This document shows positions 50,602 through 64,000 of a DNA stretch of 64,000 nt, in pieces (positions within the stretch are counted from its first letter, which is position 1; each line of letters begins with the position of its first letter). Below the pieces are notes generated by a model, which ran no database searches, was not told the DNA's origin, and was given only the letters and a program-made list of their open reading frames with translations. The stretch is taken from positions 170,686,001 through 170,750,000 of the forward strand of contig NC_042998.1 in the NCBI RefSeq assembly GCF_006345805.1, given 5' to 3'. Origin of the DNA: Octopus sinensis (Eukaryota). The position numbers and the translations under genes were made by a program.

Positions 50602-52100
50602 TCAGTTTAGAAATACAGTAGTTTGGTGTCAATTTGTTAATCCCATTTACATTGAAGACGAGAAAATTGGAATAAAACACAAGTTTACCCTCACAAACTG
50701 CCTGGTTATATGTAGCAGCCAGCAATTGACAAATCAGATTTGGGAAAATATTTGCTATGCAGAAGTATAAATTACTTAAGAGCACTAAAAAAAGGAGAGG
50801 GAAAAAAAGACAAAAGTACAAGAAATATTTAAGATGAACCCATGGAAGTTGGGAAATTTTTTCATTTAGCAATTAATGTACGCCCTACATTCATAAAACT
50901 TAACACAATCTTAAAAACATTGTCAAAAAAAAAGAAAAAAAAGGAAAACCCACTACACACATTGTTCTACAATGATTTCTAAAACAACTGATACACAAGT
51001 AAAATGTTTTATTACAAATAGCATTATTCTAGAAAAGAAAGAAAACACTAATTTTAAAAAAACACCAAAGTTGACAAGGTTTTATAGCTAAAAATAACTT
51101 CAATAAATCAATAAACAAGGTTCTATATAAATGCAAATCATTAAGTTGACAAGCAAAAGCTCACTGAGCAATTGTTTAAAAACCTTTTCCATGGTATAGA
51201 CATATAAAAAAATATTGAGTCTCACGGGGATAATCGTTGCTGCCAGTTCAGTTGGTATCAACTGAATTTTTAAATAAACCAAAGTTATAATTGTTTGAGT
51301 CGGAAACTAAAAGCTGTCCTAAACTTAAATCTTTAAAATGTAATCAACTGTTTTTTTTTAACTCTAGCCAAATATTCCAATTGAATGAAGTGAATATCTT
51401 AATTACGACATTAAAAATAAAAATATCCATAACAGAAGAAACTAGACAAATTAGCTGTGCTTGGTGTCAACAAAAGCAGTAACTAAAATTAACATTTCAC
51501 CTTCAAATACAAACTACTGTCGAATGTTTAAGAACTTCAGAAGGCAAAAACAAAAAATGCCAATATACAGTTGGGTCAAGTGTTTTAAAGAGATAATGCT
51601 TTATAAATGAAGTGATGAAACTGAATGGAGAAAGGAAGGGGATAGGGAAAAAAAAAAAAGAGAAGATATCTGAATGTCTTTGTCCTTTATTGAGAAACCC
51701 CTGTTGGAAATGTGATGAATTAATGAACGTGAAGGAGGTCAAAACGTGTTGAAAAGAAAGGGCGGGAAATGTTTTCTTCATTTTAGCAAAAGTACAAAGC
51801 AACTCTAAAAGGGTGCCCAAAGTGAAGTGATGGACAGTTTATTGATGACAAAAAAATTAATAATTAAAAAGGAAAAAAAAAGAAAAAATATATATATATA
51901 GTAGAGGAAAAATGAAAATAGGGGAGATGAGAAGACATTACTTTTGTCTTGAAACTACAAGAGACAGTCAGAGGCTGAAGTGGGTCAACACAGGAGGAAT
52001 GTCGATACTGAACCACTTTGTGAGGCTGGTAACAAACTAGCAACTGTCAATACTACACTTAGTACTGCAATAGTACCAGTTATGTTGTGAATGACTTCAA

Positions 52101-56739
<4,639 letters not shown>

Positions 56740-56845
56740 GATCACACGAGTACTGCTGAGAAAGATCTGCGCTTGCGTAGCTTAGTCAAGCCAACCGTTG
56801 CGCGCCAAGGCAAAACTAATCGCAACAACAAAACTTACCTTAGTT
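56740..56845 (-). promoter_or_regulatory. CpG-rich SET 5' region with E2F-like and NRF1-like motifs; possible 83-nt 5'-UTR intron
   Basis: TTGGCGCGCAA (~56808-56798), TGCGCTTGCGTA (~56768-56779); donor AAG|GTAAGT at 56838 and acceptor TTTCTCAG|CAG at 56756/56753. Confidence 0.5.
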
Positions 56846-57460
56846 TGAAATTTTTTTTTTAGATTTATTTAAAATTACTGCATATTTTATTGATATTATG
56901 TTTAAAAATAACTTTTTCTCGCTCGTTTTATTAAAAATATTTCATAATTTAAAAAAAAAATAAGCAATTTGAGAATTCTAAAAATTATCGCTTGGTTTAG
57001 TCTTTCACTACACTCTAAATATAAAATTTTTACGAAACGAAAATGAATTACTACACACAATGAAATAAAATTTTGCTTTTCTTTTCTCTATCTATTCAAA
57101 TTTAATCTCCTTTCTAGTTACAAAATTTTAATTAAGATACACTAAACATGTCTTTATTTACGACCTTAATTACAAACTACCTATTTTTTTTTTATTTCCT
57201 GAAAATTCTTTTGTCTGATGTTCCCGATATATGTATATGTATTCAGATATATAGAGGCTTAAACCGGTCTCTTGTCCATCGGCACTTACACACACACCGT
57301 CCCTTTTCGGCATTTTTAATAATTTCTTTGCAGTCTATATTTATTACTGTTGAACGTAACAAATATTCTTTTACATTGCGAAATATTTACAAATTTATTC
57401 ACCAAAAAAAAAAAATAAAAACCGCTGATCTCAAATTCTATATTGTTATTGACAACTCAA

Positions 57461-57474
57461 TTTCCCGCCATTTT
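57461..57474 (+). promoter_or_regulatory. Overlapping E2F (TTTCCCGC) and YY1 (CGCCATTTT) motif upstream of SET
   Basis: tttcccgccatttt, ~720 bp 5' of the ATG, in otherwise CpG-poor DNA. Confidence 0.4.
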
Positions 57475-60039
57475 CATCCTGACGCTTTATACTTACATTT
57501 ACAATGTATTGTTCCTGGAAATCAACTAGGATCGCCAGATTTTAAATAAAGATATTTAAGTTTTAGATTATACATTCCAGTTTAAATAAATTTTTATTCA
57601 ACAATAATTCATTTATGATGGAGAAGCAGTAGTTATTCAAAAACTACTTTTGTAAAAAATATTTTCCAAAAAAAAAGTCGGAGTAGATTATAGTGAACGT
57701 CACTTAGCAATTTATATATTTAAACAACTATAGTGAACGAATGTGAAAAAGGTGTAGTTAGGTACTTAATAGGAAAACGCGCTGCAACATACACTTGTGC
57801 ATTCACACACACATTTTAATAGCCTAAGCTGAATTAAAAATTTTTTTATTTCAAATAATTTTTTTTATATTTGAAGGACTGAATTCCACCTAAAATACTG
57901 TAAAATTACATATTACGCGCTTAGAAATAGTATGATCCGGCCTCCCCCATTATTATATATATATATTTATATATATATATATTATATATATATATAACGT
58001 TTAGAAATTATATATGTATATATCTGTGTGCGTGTGCTGTATTGTGTTTTATATATTATTTCCTGTTTGATTATTGTAACTTATGATTTTATACAGTTTA
58101 TTCATTTACGAGTCATTTAAACTGAAATGAAAATATAAGTCAAACGAACATAGTTAACTATAACTGATGTTCACCAACAATACTTACAATTATGTAAGAA
58201 CTGTTTGCTTTTGTATTGTTAACTATCGAAGTTTATTATTTGAAAATTTGGCTTAAGATAAAAATAGGAATATACTGGATAGACTTTACAATAAATTTAG
58301 CAGTACATAAGTTTTATTCTTATTATTCTTTATTCTTATTACGAATAAAAAAAAGATTTCTTTTAGCAAGAGACAAGGCCAATTTCCCTAGCAGAAAAGT
58401 ATATATCAATTAAATCCGCTTCATAACATCATTCTCATAATATAACTGTTTTTATCGACCCGGAAAGATAGGGGATAAAGTCGGCAACGGTGGAATTTGA
58501 ACACAGAATCAAAACATCGATAACTAATAAGGAAATTTTTGTATAGGAATAACGGTTTCTTTATTAATCACCAGAGTCAATATCAATATCACTTCATTTA
58601 AAAACGTGTAAATTCACATCAGTAGCTGAATGCTTTATTAGTAACTGATAGTGACAGTTATACAATACAGTATGATCAGATCCGTAGAGCTAAACAGAAG
58701 CTTTAAAATGTTTAATCGCTGTTTATGTGTGTACATACACTCACACAAACATATATGCAAACACAGGCATTGTGTATATCTATACATGCATGTATTTGTG
58801 TATCTATGTGAATGTGAGTATCTATACATGTATGTGAATATCTGCATGGAAATGACACATGAAACAGTATGAAAGAAACGTCCACAATAATATAATAAAT
58901 GGATGTAAATGTCTGGTTTAGTGGATGCGCTGTGTGTCTCACACGCGCGCACACATACACAATATCTATTTCGAATTGTGTTCACTTTCGCTTTAGCTCA
59001 CTTAATCTTTCAAGCATTATTTCAATACCGCCAAGCTATTACTACTCACACAGAAATGTATACATACATGCATATTATATATATGCATGTATGTGTATGT
59101 ATGTATATATATATATACACATACACACAAAGACAAGTATTTGTGTGTGTGTTTGTTCATACATTTTTGTGCGTGTTACCGTGTTCTTTTCTGTTCTCAA
59201 TTCTGATTATTCCATCTTTCGCTCAATGTGGCCTTTAACACTTTAGGATTAGATCACTCTAAATAACATCTTTTAGACATTTGTGTATTAATTTTTCTGA
59301 TTGGTTTTCAGTGACGATATAATTTTGACATAGGGCCTATCATTAACTATACATTGAATAATAAATATACCGATAATTGTATCCATTTACGAGGTTCTGC
59401 TGTAAAACATATATTTTTAAACAAAGAAAAAATAAACTATTTTGTATTAACTGTGCAATATACATGACTTAAGCATATAACTATATATTTGTAAACTGAT
59501 AAATTGAGGAAACTTGCAACTTATTTTAAATACGTGATTTAATTATTCCATCACTTAAAATGTTTATTCATTTTTTTTTATCTTACATGCTAACTACCAT
59601 TTGCCAACTGCATATGCAAATATATTCCTTGATCTCTCTTACAAGCAACCTTCCGACTATACTCGCGACCGCTGTTGAACAAATCTGGTTTTTTCAACAA
59701 AAAGGAAAACAATCATTGAATAAGTTCTTTAATTGTTTCTTGCAGTTTGTCCTATTGTTTCTTCGAGAATTACCGATAATAATTATTTCCATAATTACAA
59801 CACGCATGTCGTCTGTACGTGCTTTGTTGTTTTCACAATTCTAAAGTCGTGTAAACTGAGAAACTTTCTTTCCCAAACATCAAAAATAGTTGAGCTGACA
59901 GCCTACCATTTATGGTAGAGCGATTATTTTTCCTCATAAATTGGTACACGATATCCCTCCTTTAAAATTATTCATATTCATTCGTTTGGAAGTAGATAAT
60001 ACCTGGAACTTGATCGTTAGTGTCGACAGAGCTCACCAA

Positions 60040-60330
60040 TTTTCACGTTGATCTTTCAACAATTTCGATAAATTTTCTTTAGGCGCTGGCCATTACATAA
60101 TGCCAAATCTCTTCGATCGTTTGGCTTTTGGTAATTCAAAGCAGATATTTTGTTCTTTTTTCTCCATTGTCTTGTAGAGTTTCCCATCCCTTTTAAATAC
60201 ACGATCAACTTTTCGGTTAAGTTCTTTGGTACATTTCCCGGTTTTCTGTTTAAATCTTGTTGCGTAGTAACTCTTAACGCGATTTATCAATCATACGACC
60301 ATGATAGAATTACCGAGAAACCCCGATTAA
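60040..60330 (-). mobile_element. Decayed R4/Dong-like retrotransposon fragment (pre-RT region)
   Basis: ORF 60093..60290 (KCTKELNRKVDRVFKRDGKLYKTMEKKE..ELPKAKRSKRF) loosely resembles the RRY..R..N.LF..N.K.FY..P...E...FW region of R4-clade ORFs. Confidence 0.35.
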
Positions 60331-62969
60331 AATAGCTCTTGAAAATAATTTTCTATTTTCGAAATCATTATCACTTATAGAAATCCTTCATAAATTGCAA
60401 TTTGTAGACGACTGTATATACTAAGTATTATAGGAAGTTTATTTCTATTTGATGAATTACAAAATAATACAAGAGAAACCGCAGGTCATTTATTTAACTT
60501 GAAGTTTAATTATTAATTTCCAGCCTCTTAGCCTTCCTTTCCGACTAACGACATATTTATGGCAGTAGAATTATCATCCTTACTGAAGAAGATTGATAAG
60601 TCCTTCAACCACTTACTACGCAAAGACATCATCTTATTCACAGAAATCTGCAGAGGATCAAGCGTACTCTACTGATATCCATCAGCGTCTGGTGAACACC
60701 ATGGAACACTAGAAACGCCCATGACGAGTCCAGATCGCAACCCAATCTCTATTCGAGATTGCTGCAAATTCATTTCTCTTCTGACGCTATGTCCTTTTAT
60801 CCCGGTCCTGAAAGAAATCGATATAACACCATTCCAATAGTGTGTTATTATCTATCAATGTCTAACAGTTAGCAAAGAATGACATACAATGTGCGTCTGT
60901 GTGTATACAGGTATGTTGGTGCAAACAGGATAAGTGCCAACGCATGAAATTCTCAGACCTTGACTTACTCTGTTATTTCTGCTATATATTAATACACACA
61001 CACACACATAATATATATATTAAAAATGGGGAAGGCTGGTTTATGGGATTAGCTTAGGTTTCCAGTGCATAAACGATGGGAAACCGCCCTTCCCATTTTT
61101 AATACGTACTGCTTTACATCTTAGAGAGTGAGTCTTCTTTCAGATTTATGTTTTCTACAAACAACACACACACACGAGTGAGTGGACAAATGAAAGAAGA
61201 GCACTTATCACATTTATTGGTAATTACATGTATGGATCAAAACAGTTTGATTCAAATTCTAGGATACTTAAAGTTTTGAAGTATAAGATGCTTATCCTCA
61301 GCCATCAGGAATTTGTATAAGATTTCTTATTCAAATTTCCAATGGCTGTGGATAATAAGCATTTTATGCTTTGAAACTTAAGTACCATGGAATTTGAATC
61401 AAACTGTTTTGATCATTATATGTATGTAGATAGGGTTAAGATCAAAGCTATATCCTCTTGAAGCACATCTTGTCCCAGTTCTCCAAAGTCATATGTTGAT
61501 ACAATGTTTATCTGAGGTATGCATAAGAGGTGAAAATTCTGGAAAATATTTTTTGTTGAGTAATTTCACAAGATTTTATAATTGCAATATTAGAACTGCT
61601 GAATTTTAGTTACTATTGTTTCTGAAGAGATTTATGGTCAAATATATTTCAGCCATGACCATTCTCACTTCCAGATATTTCATATATAGGATTACCAGTA
61701 CACAATATGTCACTTCGTTTTTGAAATGATAGAGAGTATTTTGTACAAGATTGGGCTACTAATTATAGCATATTAAGTGATTGCATTGAAACTCCTGCAT
61801 TGGGTTTTAGCTTTTAGTTGATGTGGACACAGTGGAGGAGCACAATTAGAGTACTAGGTTTTTACTCTCAGCCTTAAAATCAAATGAATAACAAATCTAT
61901 GAAGAGAATCACCAGCCTTTATTGATTGTTCACACTAAATTGATTATTTCAATATGGATATTAACATTTGGTTAATATTAACATTTAGTTGTGTGGTGTA
62001 TAGAGCAATGAAAGAAATCTATTGGAAAAGTAGGATTACACTTTTCTAATTTTGGCACAAGGCCAGCAATATTGAGTAAAGCGAGGAAGTCAGTTACATT
62101 GATCCAAATGTTCAACTGGGCCTTCTTTTATCAAACTTTAAAAAATGTGAAAAGTAAGATTAGCCATTTAAATTCAGAATGTAAAGAGCCAGAAGAAATG
62201 TTGCAAACCATTTTGTCTGGTGCTGTAATCTGACTTTACAACTGAAAATAGTGAAACCTAGAGATGAAGTGACACTAGACTATAATTCACAGAGAAAAGT
62301 TTTATTGTAGTTTTAGCAAACTCAGCATAAAATAGAAACAAAACAGTCAATAAGGATAATGATAATGATGGTAATTAATCATTAGCTTAAGTAGTGATTA
62401 ACACTTGCCAAACTATTAAAATAACAGCATTTCTAACAACACTTGAAGTCTGTTAAATAAGTGAGTCACTAAGAACTTGCTAGAAATAACAGCCAAATCT
62501 TCCTCATATCCTACTGTCTTAAGATTATATTATACAGTGTCACTGATATACAAAATAGATGGAAAGGTCATGGCCAGAATGCTATGATCATAGATCTGCT
62601 CAATCAGAGTTGACCTAGAGTTAACAACATCAACACCTGATGATTATTGTTTTATTCAGAATATTCAATGTAGACAACTTTTCATTGAATTTGAATCACT
62701 TGGAATGTGATTGTGACTAAGAATACCATTTGGGCTTGGGTATCAAAGGTTGGTTGGAAAAGTACCACGGTTTAATGGTGGAAGTTACCCATGGCAAAGG
62801 TAGATTAGGGGAGGAGACCTGAGAAAATATAGCAATATTAGAATAAAAAACAATTGGGACTCATAAACATGCTGCCACAGAATTAAGACAAATAGTGATA
62901 TACTGAAGACCTTTCAACTAACAACATTATGGCTAATACATACAAAGTACTTGTAGTGACAATCACAAT

Positions 62970-63185
62970 GGTTTCAAATTTTGGCTCAAGGCCAGTAATT
63001 TTAAGGGAGTAAGTCGATTATATTGATCCTCAGTGTTCAAATGGTAGTTATTTTATTGATCCTGAAATGATGAAAGGCAAAGTCAGCCTCAGTGGGATTT
63101 GAACACAGAACATAAAGTGCCAAAAGAAATGATGCAAAGAATTTTGTCCAACATGTTAGAAATTCTGCCAGCTCATCATCTTGAT
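62970..63185 (-). mobile_element. SINE family B, decayed
   Basis: gatgaaaggcaaagtcagcctcagtgggatttgaacacagaac..aattctgccagctc; similar decayed copies at ~58430-58560 and ~62030-62230. Confidence 0.6.
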
Positions 63186-63499
63186 AGTGGTGATGATGAG
63201 GATAATGATGACTACACATTGGTGGATAGTTAGAGTTTACTGGAGTTAACAAACTAACTGAACAGAATATAATATAGGAATGATAAATAAAATTAAATAT
63301 CCTTGGTATTATCAGTTCAATTGAAATATATGATTTAAATTCGATTTCAAATTATGACTATTCTTTCTTTATCAGGTTTGTTGACCTAAAGATTAAGATT
63401 TGTCCTCTAGGATTCACAGGTACACAAAATAGTTGGAATTACTAGAAGGAAGAGAAATTTAGCTGTTGTGTTATCTGTAATTAGACATATTATTCTACA

Positions 63500-63930
63500 A
63501 CGCTAAGAGCACCATCCAAGCATGATCGTTGCCAGAGCAGCTAACTGGCTTCTGTGCCGGTGGCACGTAAAAAGCACCATTCGAACGTGATTGTTACCAG
63601 GATCTCTTTACTGGCACTTGAAAGAACATTCGAGCGAGGTAGTTGCCACTGCTGCTGGACTGGCTCCTGTGCAGGTGGCACGTAAAAAACACCATTTGAG
63701 CATGACCGTTGCCAGTACCGGCTGACTGGCCCATGTGCCGGTGGCACATAAAAGCACCCACTACACTCTCGGAGTGGTTGGCGTTAAGAAAGGCATCCAG
63801 CTGTAGAAACTCTGCCAGATCAGATTGGAGCCTGGTGCAGCCATCTGGTTCGCCAGTCCTCAGTCAAATCATCCAACCCATGCTAGGATGGAAAGCAGAC
63901 ATTAAACAATGATGATGATGATGATGATAT
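63500..63930 (+). mobile_element. RTE LINE 3' tail ending in (GAT)n
   Basis: aaagcacccactacactctcggagtggttggcgttaagaaaggcatccagc..ggaaagcagacattaaacaatgatgatgat. Confidence 0.8.
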
Positions 63931-64000
63931 AATACTATGTGCATTTGTCTGTGGTTGCAATGCCTTGTTGACAGTCACACAACAATGAGATAGAAGAAAA

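Noticed and set aside
57148-57549. 133-aa plus-strand ORF divergent from SET
   Set aside because: Low-complexity AT-driven composition, no recognisable domain, no supporting splice structure.
60530-60830. SPDRNPI resembling the Tc1 SPDLNPIE motif
   Set aside because: Flanking residues (WP, ENLW) are missing and no TIR was seen.

Overview
Very AT-rich eukaryotic (animal) genomic DNA. The SINE/RTE repeat families and dense (TA)n/(TG)n tracts suggest a cephalopod (Octopus-like); this is inferred, not checked by search. Two protein-coding genes are supported. (1) The last coding exon of an IAP-family RING E3 ligase (1311-1501, +); its other exons lie left of the window. (2) A complete 8-exon SET/TAF-I-beta (NAP-family histone chaperone) gene on the minus strand (ATG 56739, stop 52101; 278 aa, or 273 aa with an alternative donor). 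The ~50 kb between them is mostly decayed retroelements (CR1/L2, RTE, I/Ingi-like, R4/Dong-like, HERO-like), three tRNA-derived SINE families, a Tc2/pogo-type MITE, a probable Helentron-type element and microsatellites. The most unusual signal is a set of AT-rich fold-back elements next to (TA)n tracts. Two of them (18190-21410, 42620-43170) share sequence and carry minimal type-I hammerhead ribozyme motifs with 2-bp stem III, a (near-)palindromic loop and an extended stem II, as described for Penelope-like elements and retrozymes. A further hammerhead-like motif stands alone at 37920-37995. Also present: a 1.15-kb palindrome (12841-13988), a pre-miRNA-like hairpin (23606-23699) and a LINE 3' end sharing its tail with a SINE family. 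All alignments and folds were done by eye, and repeat boundaries are approximate.
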